This document shows, one piece after another, positions 39,824-51,067 of a stretch of DNA of 64,000 bases; the stretch's first letter is position 1; each line of letters opens with the position of its first letter. This stretch comes from a virus (taxonomy: Duplodnaviria; Caudoviricetes). The position numbers and the translations under genes were made by a program. The notes below the pieces were generated by a model that had not been told where the DNA came from, searched no databases, and was given only the letters and a program-made list of their open reading frames with translations. The stretch is taken from positions 1 to 64,000 of IMG/VR virus record IMGVR_UViG_3300005714_000005. The stretch is one strand, 5' to 3'.

Positions 39824-40258
39824 TTGATATTATTGGAAAAGATTTATTCCATGTTCTTACGGTTAATGACCGACTATAAAGATTTACTATTTACAGAAGA
39901 AGAAGCTAAAGAGGAATTTGCAGAAATCTTAGAAAATGCTTTAATTGAAGTACAAATCAAGGGTGCATTAGAAGATTTAACTTTCATTGGTGGTCAATTC
40001 AATCGTGACTTGACTGCCAATGAGCAATATATCTTAGCTCACTCATGCGTATTAATTTGGGTGCAACCAATGGTTAATAGTGCAGAATTATTAGCCGCAC
40101 AGTTGACTTCAACAGATTATTCACAATTCTCAAACTCAAATCGACTATCGGCTGCTATTCGATTAAACAACAATATCTCTACAAAATTATATACTCTATT
40201 ATCAGAATATGATTGTCGAGTTAGCTTTAAGGCACTCAAAAAGAAATTGGGTGATTAA
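39824..40258 (+). CDS. Probable head-tail adaptor
   Basis: Position; FNRDLT..E..ILA motif. Confidence 0.55.
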   Translation: MILLEKIYSMFLRLMTDYKDLLFTEEEAKEEFAEILENALIEVQIKGALEDLTFIGGQFNRDLTANEQYILAHSCVLIWVQPMVNSAELLAAQLTSTDYSQFSNSNRLSAAIRLNNNISTKLYTLLSEYDCRVSFKALKKKLGD

Positions 40259-40260
40259 TC

Positions 40261-41235
40261 ATGGCAACAAGTCGAGAAAGATATATGAAACGACTCATGG
40301 GAACTCCTGATGCAGTTCGTACTCATAGACGTTCACAAAATGATTTCAATAATAATTTCTCATTCCGAATGGCAGATGGTTTTAGAGAGGCTAAGATTTT
40401 AAGTCGTAAACACTATGACGCTAATTCAGAACAATGGGAAGATTTTGAAATTTTATTAAAGCATAGCAAGAAAAAAGAAGAAAAGAAAGTTATCACTCGC
40501 ACAGGTGTTGAATTACCAACAGGTAGCTACATTCAGTACGGTGATAATATCGTCATCATCTCAGGTCAATTCATGGAAGAAGATGACGTAATGCCAACTT
40601 ATCATGCTTACAAATGTCTACAAAAGTTATATATTAAGGGTTGCCCTTATGTATTCCCAATGTCTACTTCAAACAGTTCATATTCAACTAAAGGGGTAAG
40701 AGATACAGGGACAGTTGAGTTGATTGATGCACGAAATAAGGCGTATATTCAACGCAATAAATTTACTGTTCGATTCTTTCAAAACCACAAGAACTATCGA
40801 ATTGCTATTGGTGACGAAGAAGTGACAACCTATTATATTGTAACCGAGTGTGATGATTCTTCAACGCCAGGTATGTTTACATTAACCTTAAAGGCAGATG
40901 AAAAACATCCTAATGATAAGGGGTTATATGCTTACAATGAAAATCCTATTGACTTCTCTGATTTAATCCCAACACAAGGGAATGGACAAGAAGTTGAGGG
41001 TATTGTTTCACCTGAGTTATCATGTGAGACATATCAAAAATTAAATATCCAATTTGAGTTAATTTGCAATAAGAAAATTAAATCTTATCAATTACCTCAA
41101 GGTATAGATTTTATCAGTCTAAGCAAAGACCAACACACATTAATTGTAAACCCTACTGAAAAAGGTGTCAAGACTATTAGTGTAACAGATAATGACAATA
41201 AAACCGTTAGCAAGAAAATTGTTGTAAAGGGGTGA
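40261..41235 (+). CDS. Probable head closure or neck protein
   Basis: Position in the morphogenesis operon. Confidence 0.5.
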   Translation: MATSRERYMKRLMGTPDAVRTHRRSQNDFNNNFSFRMADGFREAKILSRKHYDANSEQWEDFEILLKHSKKKEEKKVITRTGVELPTGSYIQYGDNIVIISGQFMEEDDVMPTYHAYKCLQKLYIKGCPYVFPMSTSNSSYSTKGVRDTGTVELIDARNKAYIQRNKFTVRFFQNHKNYRIAIGDEEVTTYYIVTECDDSSTPGMFTLTLKADEKHPNDKGLYAYNENPIDFSDLIPTQGNGQEVEGIVSPELSCETYQKLNIQFELICNKKIKSYQLPQGIDFISLSKDQHTLIVNPTEKGVKTISVTDNDNKTVSKKIVVKG

Positions 41236-41239
41236 GTGA

Positions 41240-41857
41240 ATGCGACAATTTGAGTTTACCAAAAGTAACAAGATTAGACGTATTCAACCTCTTACACGAT
41301 TTATTTGTGAAACATTAGATTGTCAAGAGGTTAGACGTTTATGCAGATATTACACGCTAGACCCACTAGAAGATTTTGCTTTGGATTATTTAGATAATGA
41401 GGTTGAACAACCCGACCTACAAGATAGCTTAATGGAAGAAGTCATTCGTGATAAACATGTTAGTCAAGGTGCAGATAAGGAAATTATCATTCCTTATATG
41501 TTTACCAAAGACGTATTAACAAATAAACGAATGGCTATTTTTGTATACTGTGACAAAGTTGATTTAAGTCAATATGACGAAGATGCAGATTTAGTATTCA
41601 TGGTAGATATTGCTTATTCAATCGACATTGATAAATTAACAGATTATCAACAACGTTGTTGGGCTATTGCCGAAATCGTTAGTGAGAAATTTGATAAATA
41701 TGTCATGAAAGATGAAAAATATTTACCTATCGTTGGAGCAGTAGAGTTTAATCTATCTAGTCGAATTATCCATAGTAAACTAGCAAGTAATACAACAATG
41801 GGAATTATCTCAATTCCTATTATAGTCCATACGAAAGCTATGCGTAGTAGACGCTAG
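41240..41857 (+). CDS. Probable tail completion protein
   Basis: Position. Confidence 0.45.
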   Translation: MRQFEFTKSNKIRRIQPLTRFICETLDCQEVRRLCRYYTLDPLEDFALDYLDNEVEQPDLQDSLMEEVIRDKHVSQGADKEIIIPYMFTKDVLTNKRMAIFVYCDKVDLSQYDEDADLVFMVDIAYSIDIDKLTDYQQRCWAIAEIVSEKFDKYVMKDEKYLPIVGAVEFNLSSRIIHSKLASNTTMGIISIPIIVHTKAMRSRR

Positions 41858-41865
41858 GTGATAAA

Positions 41866-42624
41866 ATGGGAAAAGAAAACTATTTGAAATATTATTTGAA
41901 TCAACCAATAGAAACTTCTGTTGGTAAACCTCTCTATTGTATACTACTCAAAGATTGGGAAAATTATATAAAAATAGCAAGTAAATACTTGACAATTTGC
42001 GATTTGTTTCTAAGGAGACGTTTAGAATTGTCAGAGGAAATCAAGCTATTTGATTATATCATATTGGTTGCTATCAATGAGAATGATATTGGAAATTTAG
42101 AACAAATGTTTAGTCTAGCTTTCCGAGAACCTGTCAGATGTTTTGCTATGTTTAAACAAGGTAAAATTGACATTGAGCGAACATTCTTTGCAGTAGGAGA
42201 TTTTGACGAAAAGAAATATGTCATCAATCGTGATAACTACGAAGAAATTAGAGAAATCATGATGGAGCAATCTCTACTACATGACCCTCTAGTTGGTAAG
42301 AATGAATTGTCTCAAAAGTTGATTGACAAGGCAATAGAGAAAAAAGCAAGAAGTATGAGTAATGGTAAAAAATCAAGTACGGAAGCTATGTTGGTATTAA
42401 ACTCAACTGCATTCCCCATTGATTTAGAAACCTATACATTCTATCAACTTCAAGCTCAATATGAAATATTAAATCGCAAGGAAAATGCACTTGCGGTACA
42501 TATTTATCGTTCACAAGGAGCTAAGATAGACCCTATCATGCTCAATGAGGATTTATCTATACATGACAATCCTTATTCATTTGAAAAATTATTCAGAGTG
42601 GACAATAAACAACTTGGTGGATAA
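41866..42624 (+). CDS. Hypothetical tail-region protein
   Basis: Position; YTFYQ motif. Confidence 0.5.
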   Translation: MGKENYLKYYLNQPIETSVGKPLYCILLKDWENYIKIASKYLTICDLFLRRRLELSEEIKLFDYIILVAINENDIGNLEQMFSLAFREPVRCFAMFKQGKIDIERTFFAVGDFDEKKYVINRDNYEEIREIMMEQSLLHDPLVGKNELSQKLIDKAIEKKARSMSNGKKSSTEAMLVLNSTAFPIDLETYTFYQLQAQYEILNRKENALAVHIYRSQGAKIDPIMLNEDLSIHDNPYSFEKLFRVDNKQLGG

Positions 42625-42690
42625 AGTCAAGATGACTTTATATATAGTGTCTATGACACAAATTTAAAAACAAGAAAGGATGATGTTTTA

Positions 42691-43437
42691 ATGGGTGCTT
42701 ATTCAGAGTATTTATTAGATGTTGCTAACATCTCAATCATTGACAATGCTACACAAATGCAATTAGCAACTGCTACATTAAAAACACACAATATTTCTCA
42801 ATCAGTTGATACTTCTGACATTCGTGGGGGTCAAGGAAATGAGTTATTAACTCGTATCAAATCAAACAAAACTGTAACTATCACTATCGAAGATGTTTGT
42901 CACAATCGTGATTTCTTAGCTTTAGCTATGGGTTCTACTGTTGAGAAAGCTAAAACAAACTTCGTAGGACATACAGTAGCTAAAGAATACACTATCGAAA
43001 CAGCAAATGAAATCACTTTAAGCCCTGCACCAAAAGCATCAACTGCTACTATCAAGTGTTGGGATTCTAAAGGAAAAGCTGTTGACGGAAATTGGGCAAC
43101 TAACAAATTAACAGTTACAGGCGCTCAAAAAGGCGAAGTATATACTGTCGGTTCTTATGAGTATGAAGTAAAAACTGGAGACTTTGTTGCAATTTCTTCT
43201 AACAAATTCTCAGGAACTTATACATTAGTAATGGAAGAGCCTGTAGTTGACTTAGACTTAAATGTAATTGCTTACAAAAAATCAGTATTTCCTCGTGTAC
43301 AAGCAGATGATTCATTTGAATTATCAGGAAGCTCTGAGCGTTCAGAGAAAACTATCTCTTACACATTTACTGCATTAAAAACTAAAGGTTCTAATGAATT
43401 AGGATACTTCTACTATGAACCAGTACCAGGTATCTAG
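42691..43437 (+). CDS. Major tail tube protein
   Basis: DIRGGQGN motif; codon bias; terminator after the gene. Confidence 0.75.
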   Translation: MGAYSEYLLDVANISIIDNATQMQLATATLKTHNISQSVDTSDIRGGQGNELLTRIKSNKTVTITIEDVCHNRDFLALAMGSTVEKAKTNFVGHTVAKEYTIETANEITLSPAPKASTATIKCWDSKGKAVDGNWATNKLTVTGAQKGEVYTVGSYEYEVKTGDFVAISSNKFSGTYTLVMEEPVVDLDLNVIAYKKSVFPRVQADDSFELSGSSERSEKTISYTFTALKTKGSNELGYFYYEPVPGI

Positions 43438-43516
43438 TTAGTTTGTAGTACCCATCTTTTTTGGTGGGTATTATCAAGCTAATTATTATTTTCTGAAAAA
43501 TGAAAGGATGATATGA

Positions 43517-44071
43517 ATGAAATTAGCAAAATTAGGATTTAAGAAATTACGTTGTGTAGTTTATACACAAGATGGACAAGTAATGGTTTCACATAAAGAA
43601 GAACATATGCAACGCATTATTGATACATACGGAGCAGATTGTGTTGAGATTTATAATCCAACAGAAAATGTACGCTCTCAAATTTTAGAATTATTAGAAG
43701 GTGGGCGTAAAGGATTTGAAAAAGTTGAATTAGGTAATATGGCTTTGTTAAAATCAATTGCTTTATTAACAAATATCGACTTTGGAGATTTAACAGATGA
43801 AGAAGCACAAGCTATTGTTAATAACCCAGGTGACATTCTTGAAGCAGTAAGTAATGAAGTATCTGCAATTCATATCGCATTATTACGTGGGCAATTCACA
43901 ATTGCACAGTCATTAGCGACAATGCCTGAAGCTATCAAGAAACCGATGGTCGAAGAATTAGTAAAAAGCACAATGACTGAGGAAGAAATTCAAAAGCAAC
44001 AAGAAATTAAAGAATTAGAAAAACAAATGAAACTATTAGAAGAAAAGAAGAAAGCCTTAAAAGGTGAATAG
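43517..44071 (+). CDS. Probable tail assembly chaperone
   Basis: Between tail tube and tape measure genes. Confidence 0.5.
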   Translation: MKLAKLGFKKLRCVVYTQDGQVMVSHKEEHMQRIIDTYGADCVEIYNPTENVRSQILELLEGGRKGFEKVELGNMALLKSIALLTNIDFGDLTDEEAQAIVNNPGDILEAVSNEVSAIHIALLRGQFTIAQSLATMPEAIKKPMVEELVKSTMTEEEIQKQQEIKELEKQMKLLEEKKKALKGE

Positions 44072-44073
44072 TT

Positions 44074-44550
44074 ATGAATAATGACCTTAAAGCCTTTAAT
44101 AAACAAATTGTAAATCAATTCTACAAAGACTTGTATGCAGTATTGAATAGTAATGAATGTAAAAGATATTTCATTGAATTAATGACTCAATCAATTGAGG
44201 AAGAAGTTTATGACCGTTATTCACCTAAACAGTATGAGCGTAGACGTGAAGATGGCGGTTTGATTGATGAGAAGAATTATACCTACAGTGTGAAATTTGA
44301 TAAAGATGGCATTACCGTCTACATGAAGAATATCACACGAGGCGTAGGTCGTGCTTTCATGATTGATGAAGGAATTGTCGAAGGAATAGGCTTTTATGAT
44401 TGGGAAAAGAGTAACATTTATAAACTTCAACAAAATGGGGGATTCCCTCGTGACTTCTATACATACATGGAAATTTTAGTAGAAGATGATATTAAGTTTA
44501 AAAATATAATTCATAAGCAAATGGGCAAAAAAGGTTGGAAATTAATCTGA
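44074..44550 (+). CDS. Hypothetical tail-region protein
   Basis: VYDRYSPKQYERR...PRDF motif. Confidence 0.6.
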   Translation: MNNDLKAFNKQIVNQFYKDLYAVLNSNECKRYFIELMTQSIEEEVYDRYSPKQYERRREDGGLIDEKNYTYSVKFDKDGITVYMKNITRGVGRAFMIDEGIVEGIGFYDWEKSNIYKLQQNGGFPRDFYTYMEILVEDDIKFKNIIHKQMGKKGWKLI

Positions 44551-44641
44551 AGGGGAGAGACACGAAATTAGGACACATTAGGTCTAATTACCATGTGTTT
44601 CTCCCCTTTTCTTTTTCGCTCAAGAAAGGAAGTGAGGACAC

Positions 44642-47600
44642 ATGGCTATTGGATTTAGCTATACGCTATCACCTGATGAGTCCAAATCAATGGCTGAGTT
44701 ACAGAAGTTTATTGATAAAGTTTCAAACAAGAAAATAGATATAAAATTAAATTTAGGTGATTTAATAGGCAAGGGTGCGGGCATTCAAGTTGGTGATGAA
44801 GTAGGTAAGAGCATTGGAGACGGAATTGCCAAAGGTGTTGAACAAAGCACAGAAAAAGTTCGCCAAGCAACTGATAGACAAATCAAGCTAGTACAAGACA
44901 GATTAAACAATAGTTTAAATAATTTAACACTTCGAGCTGACAGTAAAGGATTGCAAGGATTATTGCCCGTTGATGATATTATAGCTCAGATTGATAAGCT
45001 AGGTCAATCAGGAGAAAGTCTTAGACAAATAAATTTAACTGCGGCAGAAATTCGTGCAGAGTTGCAAATGTGGGGACAAGCCTTAAATAATGATAGCAAA
45101 GAATTAGAAGAAGTTGTAGGACTTGCAGGTGAATTAGCCGATAAAGTTGCCAAACAAAAGGAAACTGCTTTAAACAATCAAGCATTACAACAACAGATAA
45201 AACTCAAACAAGCAGATATTGAGAAAGAAGTAGAGCGAATTAGATTAACTAAGGAATATTTGCAATTATCTGAAAAAGAGAAATTGGCTTTCGATAAAAA
45301 AGCAGAAGCTATGCAAATAGAAGCCTATGCAATGGAAGGTGTATCTCAACAATTTGAGGAATATACACACCAATTAAAAGAGGAAGAGCAGTTAATGACT
45401 GCCAAACGAATTGATGACGTAGCAGATGCTTATGACAAATTGAGTGGCACAATCCAAAACTTAGTTGTACGTTATGCTTCATTACAATTGGTACTTCACA
45501 AAATGAAAGAATATTTTCAAGAAGCAGTCCAATATGTATATGATATTGATGACGCTTATACTGACGTTGCAGTATCAATGGATATTACACGAGAAGAATT
45601 TGCTAAGTGGACAGAAGATGCGAAAGAAATAGCCTATGCAAATGGGGTAGCAACAACTTCTATCATGGACATGGTTAAAATCTACGCTTCTGCGGGTGAG
45701 GAAATTGGTGATATTTCAGATAAACTTGCAGGTACTGCCATGATTCAGAATATCACTCAATTTGATACTGAAACTACTACCAACATTGTAAACTCAATTA
45801 TCGCACAGTTCAAGCTATTAGACAAGGAAATTAATGGTACAACAGGAAATGTTGCAAATGCAATTGAGTACATGGGTGATAGATTAATTGCAATTTCCAA
45901 TGAATTATCTATTGACAACATTAAAGGTATTCAAGAGATGGCAAATGCCATTGATGACGCAGGTTCGGTAATCAATGCTAGCGGTGGTACTATGGAATGG
46001 TACATGGGTGTTACGAGTGCATTAGCCGAAGCGACTAACTCAACGGGAAGCGAGATCGGGGCAACGATGCGAATGGTAACTGCTCGTACTCTTCGTCAGG
46101 GTGAAGCTGTATCAGAACTTGAAGCATCAGGTGAAGATTTAGAATTTGCCATGTCTAAAGCCGAGGATGCTTTAAAAGGTATTGGTGTAACAATTCGTGG
46201 TGAAACTGCCGACTCATTAAGAGGTATCGAAGAAATTATTGATGACGTAGCAGATGCTTGGGATACTTTATCGGATTCACAACGTCAAGCAGTATCAGAA
46301 GCAATGGCAGGTACTCAACGTTCTTCTATGTTTTTCGCATTAATTGAGAACTATGAGAAAGTAAAAGAACTACGCGAGATTGGTCTAAATGCAGAAGATG
46401 AATTAGCTAAAGCTAACCAAGTTCGTGTTGAATCGTTAGCAGGTTTGCAAGGTCAGTTAGAAGTAACAAAACAAGCACTTTATGCAACTCTCCTAAGCCA
46501 AGATGATATGATGGGCATCTTAAAAGGTAGCGACTTCTTATTACAAGGATTAACAAAAGTTGTTGCATTTATCAAAGATCATGCAGTAGTCATTATTGGC
46601 ACACTTGTAACTAGCTTTACTGCCTTAGAATTAAAAATGTATTCATTGGGCAAAGGTGGGGCAATTTTAGCTGCACAAAATAAAATAGCTTCATTCGTAA
46701 AAGCTATTGGAACTTTAATGCAACAGTTAGGATTGGCAACAACAGTTCTCGGTGGTTTTTGGGGAGCTATGGCTATCACAGGTGGCATAGCAGTAGGAAT
46801 AAGTGCATTTACTGCATTGAATAATAAAATAAAAGAAACAAAAGAAACCATTGAGGGAGTAACGGAAGTTACTGAAAACCTAAATGATACATTAGAAAAA
46901 GTCGAAATGACAGGTAAGTTGGTAGACCAATATAAAAAAGCTAATGAAGAATTAGAAACTATGTTGGTTGGTACAGACGAATATGCCGAGAAGCAAGAAG
47001 AAATCATTAGCTTAAAACAACAGTTAATGAAATATTCTCCTGAGTATAAGTCATTATTGGAAAACGAAACTTTAGAGTTAGAAAAACAATACAACATCAT
47101 GAAAGGTATGTTGGACTTAGAGTCTAGGGAAGCTATTCAAGAAGCAATCGACAATTTACCTAAAGCAAGTACAGGAATCGAAACCAAACGTGCAAGAGGT
47201 ATTGTAGGTAATCTTGATGACGTTGAACAACTACTGCAAAATTTTGTAAAAGCAAAAGAAGATTATGAGGCATTGGTAGCAAATCAAGCTAATGTTCCAA
47301 TTGAGCAAATGAGAGAATATCAAAATCAAATGGAAATAGCAAGAAAGAATATGGAGCAATCTGAAAAAGATTTCCGAGATTCAATGTCGCCATTATCAGA
47401 TTCTTTATCTTGGGTAGAAAATTATAATGAAGCCATTAAAAAAGGTATAGAAACATTTGCAGATATTGGTGGTCGTAATCCTATTGAGTTACCTGACGGA
47501 ACAGTAGAAAAATATCAAGATATTGCAAGTTTATATTATGACATCAAGGGAATGGCAGAAGAAACTACAGAAAATGCTAAGGAACAAGCCTCAGTATTAG

Positions 47601-50600
47601 AAAGTATTAAAAATATGGAAGTGGGTAAAACTTTCAAACTTGACAACCTAAATTCAGAAGGCTTAAATCAGTTAATTGGCGAACTTGGCAGAGTTAAAAA
47701 TAGTGGAGAAGAAGCTGAATTAATTCTCAAGAAAATGAAAAGTGCATTTAGCGATATACCTGAAGATATAGAAACCTTAGCAGATGCTATTGATTATCTA
47801 AATGATAAAATCAAAGATACTACTGAAGCGTCAAAATTAAAAGAATTGAATGACGATTATATCAAATTGGGAGAGAATATGCAAGAAGCCCAAAAGCTAC
47901 TAAACTCTCTATTAGACACTCCTTCTATTGATACATTAAGAAGAGCATTTGATTCAGATTTACTGAATGACTTCAATGGTTCATTTACTGATACTGTTGC
48001 GATAGCAGACCATCTTACAAATAAAATTAGAGAGATGGAAGATGCAATGTACTCTGCTACTGCAAACATGGCATTGGCAAATAATCAAGCGTGGGATGAC
48101 ATGACATCTAAAATGGCAGAATCGCTAGGTACAAGTGTAAATGACTTTCAAGATTTTGTCAACAAAGTTAATGGTTTAAGACAAGTTGATTTGAAAAATT
48201 GTGAAAATGCAACACAGGCTCAGAATTTAATGGAAGCTCAATTGGCTACGAATGGTATGAAATACTATGTAGAGATGATTAACTCTAAGGCTAGTAATCG
48301 TCAAACAGATATGCAAAATGTTATTGAGTTCTTAAATACACAAGGAGCAAAAGAAGCTCAAACTGTACAACAACTAGCAGATATGTGGGCAGCATTTTAC
48401 AAAGCAAAAGCAGACGCCATCAATGCAGAAATTCAAGAGTTCAACAAGAAAGTTGGAGAGATGAACAAGATGGGGCATAGCCTTGATTCTTGGGAAGGCT
48501 TCGAAGACATGATTATGGGTAAAAATGGTGTCTCTAAAACAGCTAAACATCAGTATTCAAAACTCCAAGAACAGTTGACTTCTTTAAATAACTTAAACTC
48601 AAGTTTCACAAACTATTTCGCAGGAATTAAAGATACATTCAAAGGAATAACTGGTGGATTATCACAATCTTTAGCAAGTACCGAAAAATTAACAAACTTT
48701 ATCAAAAACTACGGTAAAGATTCGAAGAAGAAGAAAGATAGTTCCAAAGATAAAAATAAAGATAAAGATAAAAAAGAAATAGCGGATTTAGATTTAAAAA
48801 TTGATAAATTTAGAGAGTATGAAGAGGCGGTCAACAGAGCTTCTGAGGCTCTACAAAGAAATCAAGAAGCCCAACGTATGGTAAGTTCTAAATCTGAACT
48901 GAAGAAACTCTTAACAGATGAAATCGACCTGATGAAGAAGAAAAAAGAGTCATTAGGTAAATTACAAGAAGAATACAAAAAAGAGCAAGAGTTCTTAAAA
49001 AGTCGTCTTGAAATATCAGGACTTATCTTCAAGGGTGATGAAATAGCAGGAGATAAGATTACTGGTGGTTCGGTGGCAGACCGTTTAAAAGATGCAGAAA
49101 AATGGTCTAATGCTGCTTCAGGTAAAGAAAAAGAGTGGCGTATAAATGATACTGTAAACTTCCAAAAGAACATTGATGCTTACTACGAATTAATGAACCA
49201 ATTGGGGAAAGTCACTTCTGAATACAATGACATGGTTTTTGAAATTGAGCAAACGAAGAAAGCTCATGAAGAACTTCTAAAACAGATTGAGAATTTGGTT
49301 GATAGATACTATGAACTAGAAGATGCGATTAGTGATACAGGTCGTGCATTAGATAGATTCAGACGTAAAAAAGATGACTTGACTACAGTTGAGGAAGCCA
49401 TTGCATATCATAAGGAAGAAAACAAACTAATCCAAGATAAAATCAATGCCTACGAAAAACTTTTAGCAGAGCAAAATAAAGCTAAGGAAGAAAGTAGAAA
49501 AGAGTTAGCTTCAAAAGGATTCAAGTTTGATGAATTTGGCAATGTTATCAATTATAAAGACAGAATTAAAGAACTACAAGACTATGCAAATACATTAGCA
49601 GGCAATGCTCAAAAAGCTCAGATTGAACACATTGAGTCATTGAATGAGATGATTAACAAGTATACTGACTTAACCAATAGTGCAATTCCTAAAACTGAAG
49701 ATGCTATTCTTGACTTAAAAGATGAAATTAAAGATGCTAATAAAGAATTTGAGGAAATGATTAAAACAGTTGAGAAACTTGGTGAGAAATACTATGGCTT
49801 AACTGTATTGCTAAATAAAATTGACTCTGCTTTAGCATTGAATAAAACTTTACAAGAGAGTGCAACTGGTGAAAGACGAGTTGAGCTATTGAATGAAGAA
49901 ATCAAGTTAATCAGAGAGAAACAAAGTTTACTAATGCAACAAAAAGAAGCATACGAACAAACTGCTAGTTCTCTCAAAGGTCAATTAGTGGAATATGGTG
50001 TTGCTTTCAAAGAAGATAGAACTATTAGCAACTACGAGTGGTTGGCAGAAATGTATGAGAAACGTGCTAATGCCTTAGTTGGTGAAGCAAGAGATAAAGT
50101 ATTGAAAGAATACGAAAAACTTGTTGAATTGATGAAAGAGTATGACGAAGTGACTTTAGATAGCTTACCTCATCTTACTCAAGAATGGGAGAAATATTCA
50201 AACACTATCAAAGACATTGAAAAAAGTAAACTTGAGTCAATCACCAATGTTGAGAAAAAGATAACAAGTGCTTTAGAAAGTGAATTGACTAAACGATACA
50301 ATCGTATCAAAGAGTCTATTCAAAAACAAAAAGACTTGTACAATAAACAGTATCAACAAGAAGATTGGGATAAGAAGTTATCTGCTGAACAACGTAAGCT
50401 AGACGAAATCAAGCAACAAATGGTGGAGTTATCAAGAGATACATCTGCCTCAGGTCAAGCCAAACTTGAGCAACTGAAACAAGAATATCAACAACAGTTA
50501 GATGCTATCAATGACATGATTAGAGAAAATGAGAAAGAGTTAGGTAATCAACGTTTTGATGAAGAAATCAATAAGATTGAAGAAGAACTCAAAGACGCTA

Positions 50601-51019
50601 TTTCTCCTGAGAATCTTGCCAACATGGTAAATCAAGCATTAGTATCAGGATTTGCAACTGTTGGAGACGAGGTTGTAGAATTAAATGCTCTCATGACTGA
50701 TTGGTTAAACAAAACAGGTGATGGTTTATATTCTATTGGTGACTACTTGAAAAATGAATTGATTGCTAGTTTACAAGAGGCTAAGATTTTAATGCAAGAT
50801 GTAGGAATAACTGGCGATATTGCAAGTCGTTCAATGAGAACTATCGTAGACGCAGACGTTAATCCTAGAGGTAGAAATACAGGAGTAGTCTTTAATGCAC
50901 CTTTCCTAGAAATTCAAGGAAATATTACAGAAGAAGTATTCCCACGAGTTCAATCTATGATTCAAACTGCTAAAAATGAAATCATTACCGATATTGAAAG
51001 AGTTATTAATCAAAATTAA
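44642..51019 (+). CDS. Tail tape measure protein
   Basis: 2125 aa, helical and coiled-coil, TP901-like core (GSEIGATMR...LRGIEEII..VADAWDTLS..Q). Confidence 0.9.
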   Translation: MAIGFSYTLSPDESKSMAELQKFIDKVSNKKIDIKLNLGDLIGKGAGIQVGDEVGKSIGDGIAKGVEQSTEKVRQATDRQIKLVQDRLNNSLNNLTLRADSKGLQGLLPVDDIIAQIDKLGQSGESLRQINLTAAEIRAELQMWGQALNNDSKELEEVVGLAGELADKVAKQKETALNNQALQQQIKLKQADIEKEVERIRLTKEYLQLSEKEKLAFDKKAEAMQIEAYAMEGVSQQFEEYTHQLKEEEQLMTAKRIDDVADAYDKLSGTIQNLVVRYASLQLVLHKMKEYFQEAVQYVYDIDDAYTDVAVSMDITREEFAKWTEDAKEIAYANGVATTSIMDMVKIYASAGEEIGDISDKLAGTAMIQNITQFDTETTTNIVNSIIAQFKLLDKEINGTTGNVANAIEYMGDRLIAISNELSIDNIKGIQEMANAIDDAGSVINASGGTMEWYMGVTSALAEATNSTGSEIGATMRMVTARTLRQGEAVSELEASGEDLEFAMSKAEDALKGIGVTIRGETADSLRGIEEIIDDVADAWDTLSDSQRQAVSEAMAGTQRSSMFFALIENYEKVKELREIGLNAEDELAKANQVRVESLAGLQGQLEVTKQALYATLLSQDDMMGILKGSDFLLQGLTKVVAFIKDHAVVIIGTLVTSFTALELKMYSLGKGGAILAAQNKIASFVKAIGTLMQQLGLATTVLGGFWGAMAITGGIAVGISAFTALNNKIKETKETIEGVTEVTENLNDTLEKVEMTGKLVDQYKKANEELETMLVGTDEYAEKQEEIISLKQQLMKYSPEYKSLLENETLELEKQYNIMKGMLDLESREAIQEAIDNLPKASTGIETKRARGIVGNLDDVEQLLQNFVKAKEDYEALVANQANVPIEQMREYQNQMEIARKNMEQSEKDFRDSMSPLSDSLSWVENYNEAIKKGIETFADIGGRNPIELPDGTVEKYQDIASLYYDIKGMAEETTENAKEQASVLESIKNMEVGKTFKLDNLNSEGLNQLIGELGRVKNSGEEAELILKKMKSAFSDIPEDIETLADAIDYLNDKIKDTTEASKLKELNDDYIKLGENMQEAQKLLNSLLDTPSIDTLRRAFDSDLLNDFNGSFTDTVAIADHLTNKIREMEDAMYSATANMALANNQAWDDMTSKMAESLGTSVNDFQDFVNKVNGLRQVDLKNCENATQAQNLMEAQLATNGMKYYVEMINSKASNRQTDMQNVIEFLNTQGAKEAQTVQQLADMWAAFYKAKADAINAEIQEFNKKVGEMNKMGHSLDSWEGFEDMIMGKNGVSKTAKHQYSKLQEQLTSLNNLNSSFTNYFAGIKDTFKGITGGLSQSLASTEKLTNFIKNYGKDSKKKKDSSKDKNKDKDKKEIADLDLKIDKFREYEEAVNRASEALQRNQEAQRMVSSKSELKKLLTDEIDLMKKKKESLGKLQEEYKKEQEFLKSRLEISGLIFKGDEIAGDKITGGSVADRLKDAEKWSNAASGKEKEWRINDTVNFQKNIDAYYELMNQLGKVTSEYNDMVFEIEQTKKAHEELLKQIENLVDRYYELEDAISDTGRALDRFRRKKDDLTTVEEAIAYHKEENKLIQDKINAYEKLLAEQNKAKEESRKELASKGFKFDEFGNVINYKDRIKELQDYANTLAGNAQKAQIEHIESLNEMINKYTDLTNSAIPKTEDAILDLKDEIKDANKEFEEMIKTVEKLGEKYYGLTVLLNKIDSALALNKTLQESATGERRVELLNEEIKLIREKQSLLMQQKEAYEQTASSLKGQLVEYGVAFKEDRTISNYEWLAEMYEKRANALVGEARDKVLKEYEKLVELMKEYDEVTLDSLPHLTQEWEKYSNTIKDIEKSKLESITNVEKKITSALESELTKRYNRIKESIQKQKDLYNKQYQQEDWDKKLSAEQRKLDEIKQQMVELSRDTSASGQAKLEQLKQEYQQQLDAINDMIRENEKELGNQRFDEEINKIEEELKDAISPENLANMVNQALVSGFATVGDEVVELNALMTDWLNKTGDGLYSIGDYLKNELIASLQEAKILMQDVGITGDIASRSMRTIVDADVNPRGRNTGVVFNAPFLEIQGNITEEVFPRVQSMIQTAKNEIITDIERVINQN

Positions 51020-51067
51020 GAGAGGGTAACACCTCTCTTTTTATTATTACAAGAAAGGGGGTAGGAA

